Shown here in pieces: positions 18,249 through 28,115 of a stretch of 64,000 bases of DNA. The DNA comes from an uncultured Actinomycetes bacterium (GTDB lineage: Bacteria; Actinomycetota; Thermoleophilia; Gaiellales; JAICJC01): positions 262,065 through 326,064 of the forward strand of contig CAVQZC010000006.1 of the NCBI GenBank assembly GCA_963718315.1, given 5' to 3'. The stretch's first letter is position 1. Each line of letters begins with the position of its first letter. Under the pieces are notes generated by a model. It searched no databases and had not been told where the DNA came from. It saw nothing but the letters and a program-made list of their open reading frames with translations. A program made the position numbers and the translations under genes.

Positions 18249-19733
18249 TCAGAGACCCACCCGGGCCTCGACGCGTCCGGCGTCGACCGCCTGTTTGAGC
18301 GTCTGGTAGTCGCGTTCGTTCTGGTCGGCGTAGGCGTCTGCGAAGTCGGCGATGGCCCGGTCGAAGGCATCGCTGCTGCCAAGGTAGGCGGCGATGGCGA
18401 TGCGGTCTCCTGACCGGGCGTGGGCGCGGGCGAGCGTCCAACCGCAGGCTCGGCCGTAGAGCGCCATGCCTTTCGTCAGAGCGCCTGTTGTGTCGAAGGA
18501 GCCCTTCCAGTCCTTGAGCTGGCGTCCGTAGAAGTCGCGGGGTTGATCGTCGATGCCGCGTTGGACGTGAAGCCAACCGAGGAAGATGTCGCTTGATGCC
18601 TGCATCAGGTGCTGGCCGGCCACGACCCGCTCGCCGTGATTGCTGAACTGGCTCTTGGCGGTGAACTCCTCGAGCACCGAGGCTTGGGCCTCTTTGAACT
18701 GCAGGAACAGCGGGTCTTGCCCGTCTCGGCCCAGCATCAGGACGATCCAGGCGCGGGTGCCGACGCTGCCGACCCCGACCACCTTCCGAGCAATGTCAAC
18801 CATTCGGAACTCTTCCAGCAGGATTCGCCGATCGGTTTGCAGCGACCGGCGATAGTCGCGGAGGAGCGCGTGAATCGCTTTTTCCAGTTGCTCTCCCTCA
18901 TGGCCCGGAGCGAGATCGTGGACTCGTTCGATCAGTGGCGGGTCAGACACGATCTGCGGGTCGCCGTCGACCATCTGGGTGAGCTTGGAGAAGGCGGTCA
19001 TGCTGTCGCGCGTGCGCGCCTTCGCCAGCGTCTGGTCGAGGCGCTTGGTCATTCTCTTCTTCATCTGGCTCTGCAGCTCGGCCGCCAGTTCGTCGACATC
19101 CAAGCGGGAGTACCAGACGTCCAACACGCGCATGCCGGCGAACTGGCGCATTGCCTCGCGGTACGCCGCGACCGTCTCCCGTACGATCGACTTGCGATCC
19201 TTGGCCGTGTATCCGTTCTCGCGGCCGGCGACCTCGAAGCTGACCGCCAGCCGCTTTACGTCCCACTCCCACGGTCCCGGGAGCGTCTCGTCAAAGTCGT
19301 TGAGGTCGAACACCAGTCGCCGATCCGGGGACGCGAACACTCCGAAGTTGGAGAGATGCGCATCCCCACACAGCTGGGCACGTAACCCCGAGTGGGGTGT
19401 CGCGGCCAGGTCGGACGCCATGAGTAGCGCCGCGCCGCGGTAGAACGTGAACGGCGACACCAGCATCCGCCCATACCGGATCGGTACCAACTCTGGCACC
19501 CGGGAGGCTGCCTGTGACTGCAGCAGCTCGACTGGATCCGACCTGTGGGCAGCCGGCGTGTACTCGGCGTGACTGGAGCGCGGCACCTCACGCCGCGCTG
19601 CGCGACCGCGCGCCGCCCGCTCCGCGACACTCAGGTGCGGTACCTCCACCGTCTGCGACCCCCGCGGGCGCCCGCCCTTCGTCGCAACCTCCACAACGTC
19701 GCTGGCCCTCATCTGGGGTTCTGTTGTGCTCAT
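18249..19733 (-). CDS. DUF2252 domain protein, copy 1
   Basis: 494 aa. IRYGRMLVSPFTFYRGAA, CGDAHLSNFG, DLNDFDETLPGPWEWDVKRLA. Roughly 80 percent identical by eye to the 55537-57024 product. Confidence 0.85.
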   Translation of the reverse strand: MSTTEPQMRASDVVEVATKGGRPRGSQTVEVPHLSVAERAARGRAARREVPRSSHAEYTPAAHRSDPVELLQSQAASRVPELVPIRYGRMLVSPFTFYRGAALLMASDLAATPHSGLRAQLCGDAHLSNFGVFASPDRRLVFDLNDFDETLPGPWEWDVKRLAVSFEVAGRENGYTAKDRKSIVRETVAAYREAMRQFAGMRVLDVWYSRLDVDELAAELQSQMKKRMTKRLDQTLAKARTRDSMTAFSKLTQMVDGDPQIVSDPPLIERVHDLAPGHEGEQLEKAIHALLRDYRRSLQTDRRILLEEFRMVDIARKVVGVGSVGTRAWIVLMLGRDGQDPLFLQFKEAQASVLEEFTAKSQFSNHGERVVAGQHLMQASSDIFLGWLHVQRGIDDQPRDFYGRQLKDWKGSFDTTGALTKGMALYGRACGWTLARAHARSGDRIAIAAYLGSSDAFDRAIADFADAYADQNERDYQTLKQAVDAGRVEARVGL

Positions 19734-20212
19734 CGTTGTCTCTCCTCGTCGGTAACTGAACTGCCGCCGTCTTGCTCATCGCCCTCGTGCTCAACGCGGG
19801 CGCCTGAGCTTTCGGCGACCGCGTTGAGCACTCGGTTGAGGGTGCGTTTCGAGGCGAGGGAGACGGCCCAGCCGGTGCCCGGCACGAGCGGATTGAACCG
19901 AGCCCTCCAGGTCATCAGCGTGCCGCCTTCGGGCGACTCCTCGAGCGCCACGCCGCTCGTGTAGTCGCGTACCGGAGCACCTTTGGTCATGCGATACCGG
20001 ATCTCGTGGCCCGGCCCGATGTCGGTGATCTCCTCGTGGACCGTTGCCAGGCCGACCTTCACGACCCGGACCAATCCGGTGCCGTCGGCTGCTCCCGCCC
20101 GCTCCACTCGCACGTCCACTCCGCGGCCGGGGGAGGCACCGGGATTGCCGATGATCTCCCAGACGCGGTCGACCGGAGCGTCCAGCGACCTCGTGATCGT
20201 GAAGCGGTTCAC
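19730..20212 (-). CDS. SRPBCC (polyketide cyclase/START-like) family protein
   Basis: 160 aa with N-terminus FTITRSLDAPVDRVWEIIGNP. Its stop overlaps the DUF2252 ATG (ATGA). Confidence 0.75.
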   Translation of the reverse strand: MNRFTITRSLDAPVDRVWEIIGNPGASPGRGVDVRVERAGAADGTGLVRVVKVGLATVHEEITDIGPGHEIRYRMTKGAPVRDYTSGVALEESPEGGTLMTWRARFNPLVPGTGWAVSLASKRTLNRVLNAVAESSGARVEHEGDEQDGGSSVTDEERQR

Positions 20213-20228
20213 GCGGCCTCCCTTGCCA

Positions 20229-23138
20229 CTAGGCGCTCACTCCGTGCGCGACGGCGTGGATGCTTTCGTGCTCGTGCAGCCCTTTCTCGTCGTTGTGCGT
20301 GCCGGGCTTCAGGTCGAAGACGACCTTCTTGACCGTTCCCGTGAACGGGTAGGGCGCCTTGTCCTCGTAGGCCAGGTCGACGACGAGGCCGTTGTCGCGG
20401 CTGACGTCCATGCCGGCGTAGGAGGTGAGCATCATTGGCGCGGTCTTCTCGACTCGGCCCTCGCCGATCTGTTCGCCGTTGGCCCAGAGCGTGACGTTGC
20501 CTCCGCTGCCGGGCTTCTGCTCGTCGGCCTCGAACAGCATCTTCACTGTGACGTCGCCGGTTGGTAGCGGGTTGGTCGACGTCTGCCGGTAGCTTTCGAC
20601 GCCAAGGAACGAGTAGGTGTGGTTGAGCTTGCCATTCTCGTCCACCCAGAGCCCGAATCCGCCGATGAAGTCGGCGTTGGCGAGGATCACGCCCTCCGCG
20701 CCGCCCTTGGGGATCTCGAGCTCCGCCTCGATTGCGTATGAGCGCCCGGCGATACGCGGAACGAGTCCCTTCTGGACGTTCTGGACGTCGCCGGCAAACG
20801 TGTAGCGGGTCACCGTGGGCAACGGTGGCAGGATGCCGAAGAAGACGCAGATGGAGCCCAGCAGCGGCAGCACGCGGTTGCGCTCCGCCTCCTGCCAGAA
20901 CAGCTCCTTCAGCTCGGCGAGCTTCTCCGGCTTCTCGGCTGCCAGGTCCTTCGCCTGGGTGAAGTCGTCCGGTAGGTAGTACAGCTCCCAGGTGTCCTGC
21001 TCGGGGTCCCACTTGCCGGGGGCGAACTTGGCCAGCGCCTCCGGAGAGAACTCCCACGGCGCCTTGTCGAGGCGGGCGCACGCCCACCAGCCGTCCTTGT
21101 AAATCGCCCGCGATCCGATCACCTCGAAGTACTGCACCGTGTGCCGCTCCTCGGCCTTCGGGTCGTCGAACGTGTACAGGAAGCTTGTGCCGTCCATCGG
21201 CTCCTGCTCGATCCCGTCGACGACCTTCGGCTCCGGGATGCCGGCCGCTTCCAGGATCGTGGGGCCGATGTCGATGCAGTGCGTGAACTGGGAGCGGAGG
21301 TCGCCGCTTGCCTTGATCTTGTCGGGCCAGGCGACGACCATGGGATTGCGGGTGCCGCCCAGGTGGCTTGCCATCTGCTTGCCCCACTGAAACGGCGTGT
21401 TCCCGGCCCAGGCCCAGGCGGCTGCGATGTGCGGTGCCGTGTGGTCGTTGCCCCAGGCCTCGATGCCGCCGTACTTGTCGATCAGCTCGAGCTGCTGCTT
21501 GGGCTCGATGTCGACGCCGTTGAGGAACGTCATCTCGTTGAACGAGCCTGTCGTTGTCCCCTCCAGGCTGGCGCCGTTATCGCCCCAGATGTAGAAGATC
21601 AGCGTGTTGTCGAGGTCACCCATCTCCTCGACGGCGTCGAGCAGGCGGCCGACGTTCCAGTCGGCGTTGTCCATGAAGCCTGCGTAGACCTCCATCTGCC
21701 GGGTGTAGAGCTTCTTCGAGGCGTCGTCGAGTGAGTCCCAGGCGTCGAACAGATCGGGCCGCTCCGTCAGCACCGCGTCCTGCGGGATCACGCCCAGCTT
21801 CTTCTGCCGCTCGAAGACCTCCTCGCGGAGTGCGTCCCAGCCCTGGTCGAACTTGCCCTTGTACTTGTCGGCCCAGTCCGCCGCGACGTGGTGCGGCGCG
21901 TGGGCGACAGCCGGTCGAGTAGTAGAGAAAACCACGGCTTCTCAGGATCCTGCGCCCGCACCCCGTGCAGCCACTCAACTGACTTGTCGGTCAGATCGTC
22001 GGGGAAGTAGTACGGCTTGCTCGTCCGTGCCCTCGGGCACGCCGATCGTCGTGTTGTCCTGAGAGATCATCGGATCCCACTGGCCCGCGGCGCCGCTGAG
22101 GAAGCCCCAGAAGTGGTTGAAGCCCCAGTTCTGCGGCCAATGCTCGAACGGTCCGGCGGGGCCTTGCTCGCGGTCCGGCGTCATGTGCCACTTGCCGAAC
22201 CCGCCGGTCACATACCCGTTCTCCTTGAGGATGCGCGGAACGGCGGCGCAGCTCTTCGGCACGGCGCCCGTGTAGCCGGGGAAGGGGCCGGGGAACTCCG
22301 CGGACCGAACCCATGCCGACGCGGTGCTGGTTGCGCCCGGTCAGCGTGGCCGCCCTGGTCGGCGAGCACAGCGCCGACGACGTGGAAGCGGTTGTAGGTG
22401 AGGCCCATCTGCCCGACGCGGGTCAGGTTCGGCGTCGCCACAGGCCCGCCGAACGTGTCGGGCTGGCCGAAGCCGGCGTCGTCGATCAGAATCAGCAAGA
22501 CGTTGGGTGCGTCCTGCGGGGCCTTTGGACCGGGAATGATCGTCCAGTCCGGCACCGACTGGTCGATCGTCCTTCCAATCGCGCCGCCGAAGTTGCGGTC
22601 AGGGAGCGGCAGCGCTGTACGGTCGGGCACGAACTTGCCCATCGCCTCTGCGAGACCGTCCTTGAGCGCCTGCATTCCCTTCTTATCCGTCTGCACGACC
22701 GACTTCGCCAGCGCGCCCGGCAGCGCCTGCTCCACGGCGAGCCGCTGTGAATCCTCGAACGAGGCGATGATCCCCGCCGTCCCTGGCGGCAGGTTCTCGC
22801 CGATCTTGTCGTGCATCTCCGTCTCAAGCCGCTTGTCAACGAACTTCCCAACCAGGCCGCCGGCGACCGCGCCAGCAGCAGTGACCGCCAACAGCGGCGG
22901 CGCCGCCAGCCCAACAAGGACACCCACTCCGCCGCCCCACTCGACTCCCTTGCGACCGCGATGGTCAGCCGTTTGCGAGACGTTCACCGAGCCATCCTCG
23001 GCGTGCGTGATCAGAATCGCGGCCTCCATCTCGACCTTCTTGTCCCCGACGAGCTTGGCCAGCGCGTCAAAGTCCGTCCGTCGCTGCCTGGATGCTCGGG
23101 TAAGCGCCCACCAGGACATCGGTCGGTGTGTCAGCCAT
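20229..23138 (-). pseudogene. DUF1269-like membrane domain fused in frame to an arylsulfatase; about six frameshifts
   Basis: Segments read in order on the minus strand: MADTPTDVLVGAYPSIQAAT / DFDALAKLVGDKK...GVLVGLAAPPLL...NVLLILIDDAGFGQPDTFGG...RFH / TSSALCSPTRAATLTGRNQHRVGMGSV / AEFPGPFPGYTGAVPKSC...KWHMTPD...TDEQA / YYFPDDLTDKSVEWLHGVRAQDPEKPWF / LYYST / AVAHAPHHVAADW... to the end of ORF 20229-21935. Confidence 0.8.
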
Positions 23139-23273
23139 CACTCTCTCCTGTCTGTGTCATAGGTTCCGCCCTACCCACCTCGACCAGCCGGGCGCGGCAA
23201 TCGGGCAGGTGATCAGCGCCGACGCCTTCGCCCTGGCGATCCACCCGCCAGCTCGGCGCAGCTCACGAGCCGC

Positions 23274-23313
23274 CCGCCCTCGCCGAGCGGCGGTTGTGCG
23301 CTCGGCGAGGCGG
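23274..23313 (-). terminator. Strong GC hairpin (about 15 bp, one bulge) directly after micro-ORF A
   Basis: CCGCCTCGCCGAGCG-loop-CGCTCGGCGAGGGCGG on the minus strand. Confidence 0.4.
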
Positions 23314-23332
23314 CGCGGATCTCTGCCGTGGT

Positions 23333-23392
23333 TTAGCGGCGTCGGGCGACGCGCCGGGAGGTGCGTCGGGCGACTCTGCGGGATCCCATCAT
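23333..23392 (-). CDS. 19-aa Arg-rich micro-ORF, copy A (MMGSRRVARRTSRRVARRR)
   Basis: AGGAGG is 7 nt upstream of ATGATG. The peptide is identical to copy B at 57690-57749, while 9 codons differ only synonymously. Confidence 0.5.
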   Translation of the reverse strand: MMGSRRVARRTSRRVARRR

Positions 23393-23493
23393 GGTGTGTC
23401 CTCCTAGCCGAACTGGGCAGCGCTGACGCGATGTCATACTCGGAGTGGCTCAGACGTTATGGTCACGGGCGGCGGCGAGCGCCATTCCACTAG
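23380..23493 (+). pseudogene. C-terminal remnant of a paralog of the 48090-48812 gene
   Basis: ADAMSYSEWLRRYGHG versus ADSMSYAEWLHRQAHG at the C-terminus of the 240-aa protein. Confidence 0.3.
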
Positions 23494-23930
23494 TGGAGTA
23501 GCCTCGACCGTGAGGTGCGCTGGCTGCGGCGACGGTGGGCTCCCAACGTCGATGGGTTGACTGGTTCAGTTCGCTCCCGGGCAGATCGACGTCGGGCGTC
23601 GGGGTGGGTCACTACTCGGTTCGGTCGCCAGCTCGCCGGTTGTCGCAAGTTGGAACGCTCACCAGCGGCGAACCTGCGGGAACCGTCATTCGAAGCGTTT
23701 AGGCATAGGTACCACCGGGACCGGTGACTACGAGCCGGTGGAACAGGCAAGCCGCCCGCGCGTAGGCGCCGGTGCGAAATTCGCCACCAAAGCGAGTCGG
23801 TCGAGTCGAGGCGCAGACCCATCCCTTTAGAGGCGGCAGGTTGCGGTGAACCCGCGCCATCCCTCCGGGAATACGCTGATGCCGCGCCTCAAGACGAGCC
23901 ATACAGTAGAGATATCTAAGGAGGTCCACC

Positions 23931-24143
23931 ATGTTGGAGTTCGCTTCGTTATTCGGATGGCTAGCCTTTGGACTCGTGGGACTCATCATCTGGGTCGCAA
24001 TCGCGTTCTGGCCCGCTCGAGTCGCAGCCCGCAAGGGACACAGCTTCCTGGGCTATTTCCTACTCAGCCTGCTGTTCTTCCCGCTGTCGCTGATCATGGC
24101 CTACGCAGTCCACGACCGCACGGCACCCCCGATGACGGCCTAA
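23931..24143 (+). CDS. Small two-TM membrane protein (FWPARVAxRKGHSF motif), copy 1
   Basis: 70 aa with TAAGGAGG upstream of the ATG. Paralog at 52200-52397. Confidence 0.65.
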   Translation: MLEFASLFGWLAFGLVGLIIWVAIAFWPARVAARKGHSFLGYFLLSLLFFPLSLIMAYAVHDRTAPPMTA

Positions 24144-24596
24144 CGCGGCCGACGGACGGATGACTCACGGCAGCAGGCCCGTCCCGACGGGCCTGCTGCC
24201 GTGGCCCTCCGTATCCGGCACGGCCACACACTGGCGTGGCCCCGTGGCTTGCACGGGCGACCGTGACACCGCGCCTACATCCAATGAGGGGCAGGAGGCT
24301 GGGATGGTGCGGTTTCTCGAGAAGGCGACGCGGAGCGTTAGGCGGGCGACGCGCTCCGCTCTGAAAGTGGTGCCGGTGAGACAGCCAGTACCCGCCAAGG
24401 CAAGAGCGCAACGGCGTGACGAAAGGGGGTGAGTCGATATGGCAATCGGTCCCGCGGGCGATGTGGGGATGACAAGGATCGCGACGGTTCCAAGACGCTG
24501 CGGTCGGACTCATTTGGCCGGTCTGATCCTGGTTTGGACGACTGCGGATTGGAAGCTCGCCCGGTTCGACGTCGTCTGGCCCGCGCGTAGCGGCGC

Positions 24597-25271
24597 ATGA
24601 ATGCGCTTCCGCAGGCGTTCCCGCTGGCCGTCAGCGCGGCCATCTATCCGCCAGTGCTGGTCGTGTTGTTACTGCTCCTGGCCGGGGAGCGTCCTAGGCG
24701 CTTGGTCGTGGCCTTCTACGCAGGCGCGTTGATCCTGACGGCCAGCGTCGGTCTGATCGCTTTGGCGATCGTCAAGTCGGTCGGGCTGACGACCCAGCAC
24801 TCAGCGCCCGCGAGCGGGGCAACCTACGTGGCGCTGGGGTTTGGGTTGCTGGCAACTGCCGGTTGGGCATGGCGACACACGCGCCGGCCTGTCGTCGCGG
24901 CGGAATCCGCGCAGCCTGCCACCGGCCGGGTTGCTGCATGGTCGCAGCGGGCACAGGAGAGCGAGAAATGGGCGTTTGTGTTGGGATTAGCCCTGTTCCT
25001 GCCTTCACCGTTCTATCTGATGGCCGTCAAGACGGTTGCCGACAGCGGAGCGTCGCCCTCAAGCAATGCCCTGGCGGTTCTGATCTGTTCCTTGGGTGTC
25101 TTGGTGTTGGTCGAAAGCGTGCTCATCGCGGTACTGATCCGGCCAGACAGTGTCGGCACCTTCCAGCGCCTCGATGCGTGGCTGCGCCGGAATGGCTGGA
25201 TGTTGACGGTGTGGCTGGCCTTGGCTGCGGGGGTGTATGCACTCGCTAAGGGTGTTGATCTATTGACTTGA
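24597..25271 (+). CDS. GAP/Sap-like (DUF2910-type) polytopic membrane protein
   Basis: 224 aa, 6 predicted TM with a central hydrophilic loop. Family name from memory. Confidence 0.55.
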   Translation: MNALPQAFPLAVSAAIYPPVLVVLLLLLAGERPRRLVVAFYAGALILTASVGLIALAIVKSVGLTTQHSAPASGATYVALGFGLLATAGWAWRHTRRPVVAAESAQPATGRVAAWSQRAQESEKWAFVLGLALFLPSPFYLMAVKTVADSGASPSSNALAVLICSLGVLVLVESVLIAVLIRPDSVGTFQRLDAWLRRNGWMLTVWLALAAGVYALAKGVDLLT

Positions 25272-25578
25272 CAATGCCCCACGCTCGGCCGGAGCTTCTG
25301 CGGGCGCACTCGCGGCAAAGCAAGTCGCACGGCGACTCCAGGCGGCCGTGGGCGCAGTGTGACGGCCGAGCCTGCCGTCGAACTCGCCCAGCACCCCGCA
25401 GGGACGCCCAAGGCTCCATCGTCGCGTCATCAACGTTCCCAGCTCGCGGATGCGGGAGACCCGCAATGCGGTGATCGGCGTGGCCCCCGATGCGGGGCCG
25501 ACCAGGCGCTGCAACGCTGCGGAAGACGCGAGACAGATGCCCTGTCGGCCGCGTTCAGACAACCGAAGGAGCACCATC

Positions 25579-26100
25579 ATGAAGACCACATATGTGCATC
25601 GAGCAATCCGCTCGGCGTCGCGGCATCGGCGGCGAACGGCCCAGATCGGGCTGCTGACCACAACGGTGCTGTCGCGCGGAGCTCATGCTCGTGGGCACTA
25701 CCGGGGGCTGGCAGATCCGGCAAGGCGAGCGGCCACTGACCGGCGAGTGCACCGTCAGTCGCGGCGCGCCGCGGCAGACGTCGCCGGGGCGGTCCGCCGG
25801 GCCGGCCGGGTCGGCATCGCCGATGCCATGACCGACCGAAGGGTCGCCACTGGGCTGCGCAAGGCCGGACGCCACGCTTCGCGGGCACTGGCGCTGACCA
25901 TCTCGCCGCCGCCCTCCCACAAGAAGCGGAATACCGCGATCGTCGCGCTTGGGATAGGCGGCGCGACCGCCGGGGCCATCGTCGCCAAGCGCAGGTTCCA
26001 GCCTGCCGGCCAGACGCCCCCGACTCCAACGCCACCCGACGTTCCGGTTACTGAGGCTCCTGACGTCACGGAATCCGCCCCCGAGCCTGAGACCGCATAG
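25579..26100 (+). CDS. Hypothetical Arg-rich protein with a C-terminal TM and Pro/Thr tail
   Basis: ATG 25579 is preceded by GAAGGAG. TM segment IVALGIGGATAGAIVA. Confidence 0.4.
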   Translation: MKTTYVHRAIRSASRHRRRTAQIGLLTTTVLSRGAHARGHYRGLADPARRAATDRRVHRQSRRAAADVAGAVRRAGRVGIADAMTDRRVATGLRKAGRHASRALALTISPPPSHKKRNTAIVALGIGGATAGAIVAKRRFQPAGQTPPTPTPPDVPVTEAPDVTESAPEPETA

Positions 26101-26359
26101 GCCATCCGCCCGCCCGTCGGGCGTTCGCTTTCCACCCGCCAGCTAGGGGTTCTCCCGCGAGGGTGGGGGTGGTCGCGACGGGCGGGCGAGCTGTGCCATG
26201 CAATCCAGTGGCGGCGCCGTGGGACCGGCCTGGCGAGGCGCCAGTGATGCCCGCGTCACCGACCGGCTTCTTCGATCGTGTGGCGACTCGGTCGTAGCGC
26301 TCGGACGCGGGGACGCCCAGCCGCTGTCGGAGGCTCGCGATGTCTTGCGAGCATCGCGC

Positions 26360-27046
26360 CTAGAGGATCTGGGTGACCAGTACGCCGACGGCGTCAAGCG
26401 CGAACACGGCGGCCAGGAGTTGGAGGGCGTAGATAGTTACGAGCGGCTGACGACGGATAACCTCATCCTGAGCGTGGCTCGTCATCGCGATCGCGCGATC
26501 GCCGAGCAGGATGAACATGACTACCGGTACCCACACGATCGTGGTGGCTATCGCCACGTAGAGGAGGACCAGGAATGCCTGACCGGAGGGGCGGACACCT
26601 GCAGTGTCGATCGTGGTCGCGGTCAGCAGAGCCAGGATGAGCCGTTTCGGCACGCCGATGCCCATTACCACGCCGGCGGTGACCGCGGTTAGCAACCGTA
26701 GCCGGTCGAGTCGCTCCAGCAGTTTCCGTGTCCGCCGGCTCCCGGCCTCCTCCTGGCTGGGAGCCCTCCGGCGCACCCGCTCAGCCAGCCATATCAGCGC
26801 GCCGGCCACGGCGACCTCGAGCCCGAACTGAACGCCGGGATGGTGGTGGCGGGTGGAGCCGGCAACTGCGAAATCCACCCCCACGAAGAGTGAACAGGTC
26901 ACCAGCTGCGCCGCCACGAATCCGACGCCGAAGCCAAGCGCCTTGACTCGCCCTGCCTGCATCACGGTGATGGTCGCTGCGAACGCCATCGGGCTGGCGG
27001 CTGCGAGCACCCCGTACAGAAGGACTTGAGGGAGGGCGTGGAGCAT
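26360..27046 (-). CDS. GAP/Sap-like polytopic membrane protein, second copy
   Basis: ORF 26360-27094 with the same architecture as 24597-25271. Start is 27046 or 27094. Confidence 0.55.
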   Translation of the reverse strand: MLHALPQVLLYGVLAAASPMAFAATITVMQAGRVKALGFGVGFVAAQLVTCSLFVGVDFAVAGSTRHHHPGVQFGLEVAVAGALIWLAERVRRRAPSQEEAGSRRTRKLLERLDRLRLLTAVTAGVVMGIGVPKRLILALLTATTIDTAGVRPSGQAFLVLLYVAIATTIVWVPVVMFILLGDRAIAMTSHAQDEVIRRQPLVTIYALQLLAAVFALDAVGVLVTQIL

Positions 27047-27158
27047 CCCGCCGATCGTACGCTGGAAGCTGGGCAGCGAGGCACCAGGGTGCATGCCTAC
27101 CGATGGGCACGGTTGGGGTCAGCGCCGCCGGCCGTTCCGCGGGACGATCGGTGCCCGT

Positions 27159-27453
27159 CGTGGTAACACCGTGGTACCAATCTGACCTGATCTGAGGTGA
27201 TCTCACCCGACCTGAAATGACTTGTTCAAGCCCTTCCTGGCTCGCTTCGACCCCGCGCGCAATATTGAGGGCCTTGTGACCCGTATGGGTCGTGGAGGTT
27301 CAAGTCCTCTCCAGCGCACTCCCCGGAAGCCGTATGGTTGAGCGGCTTTCGGCGTTTCTGGGGCCAGATGGTTTGTTTGCAAATCGTGCTGATTGCTAGC
27401 GTGTGATAACAGCCGTGGTAACAAAGTTCGCCACCGCCAAGCCGCGCGACCGG
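27159..27453 (+). repeat. Internal junction 1/2 with attP-like layout: right arm 27159-27264, core 27265-27365 (partial tRNA-Leu + terminator), left arm 27366-27453
   Basis: The core differs from 6910-7010 at a single position (C/T in the hairpin loop). The right arm aligns with 42227-42332 and the left arm with 7011-7098. Confidence 0.8.
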
Positions 27454-28115
27454 CGTCGGGTTCCGCACGCCGCGCTCAACGACTGAGCGGTGGGCGCCAC
27501 TCGTTCGTTCTCGAAGGAACGGTTTGCGAGTGATCTGCGGGGCAAAGACTCGAACCCCGATACCTGATCGAGAGTCAGGGCATGGAGAGGTACGGTCGGC
27601 ACCAACCGCCTTGGTTGAGCGAATCTGCTCCATCTCGTGCCGTCCCATGACGCACCCGGTGCGTCAACGGTGTGTCACTGCCGCCCCGCTCTGCACGGCT
27701 CTCGGGGGAGCACCGACCCCGGTCCGCTCGCATCTTTCGCCACCAAGCTGGGTGGGAGAGATGTGACAAAGCGGACGCCGGTCCTCACCCGTGGTACAGT
27801 CGAGGCGCGCGAACGTCCGCTGGGTCGCCTACCGCTTCTCCTTCCTCCCGGGCGCAGATCCTTCAGAGGCGGGAGGCGAGCGACACAATGGTCAGTGCAC
27901 CGGTGAAGCGCGAGTGAACCGCCGAAACCTGCGCGACGCGGTCCTCACGCTGTTTGGCGTGATCTCTGTCGTCAATGGGGCGTTCGGAAATGGGCATTTG
28001 CTGATCGCCGTGCTGGGTGCGATAGCGCTGGTGTTTGTCGCGTGGCAGCGGTTGCCCCGACGAACCGCGTCTCGGTAGGTCGCCCCTGCCAGGATGCCGG
28101 AGAACGGAGAAGCTC

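Noticed and set aside
23690-23800. Possible additional degenerate left-arm copy: CCGGTGGAACAGG ... GCGAAATTCGCCACCAAAGCGAG.
   Set aside because: Only short patchy matches, with different spacing from the real arms. It cannot be distinguished from chance by eye.
27535-27605. tRNA-like fragment on the minus strand: anticodon-arm-like CCTGA-CTCTCGA-TCAGG followed by GGGGTTCGAGTC.
   Set aside because: The T stem is interrupted (CTTTG lies between the loop and CCCC). No acceptor or D arm can be formed. At best it is a decayed tRNA scrap, so it is not called as a gene.
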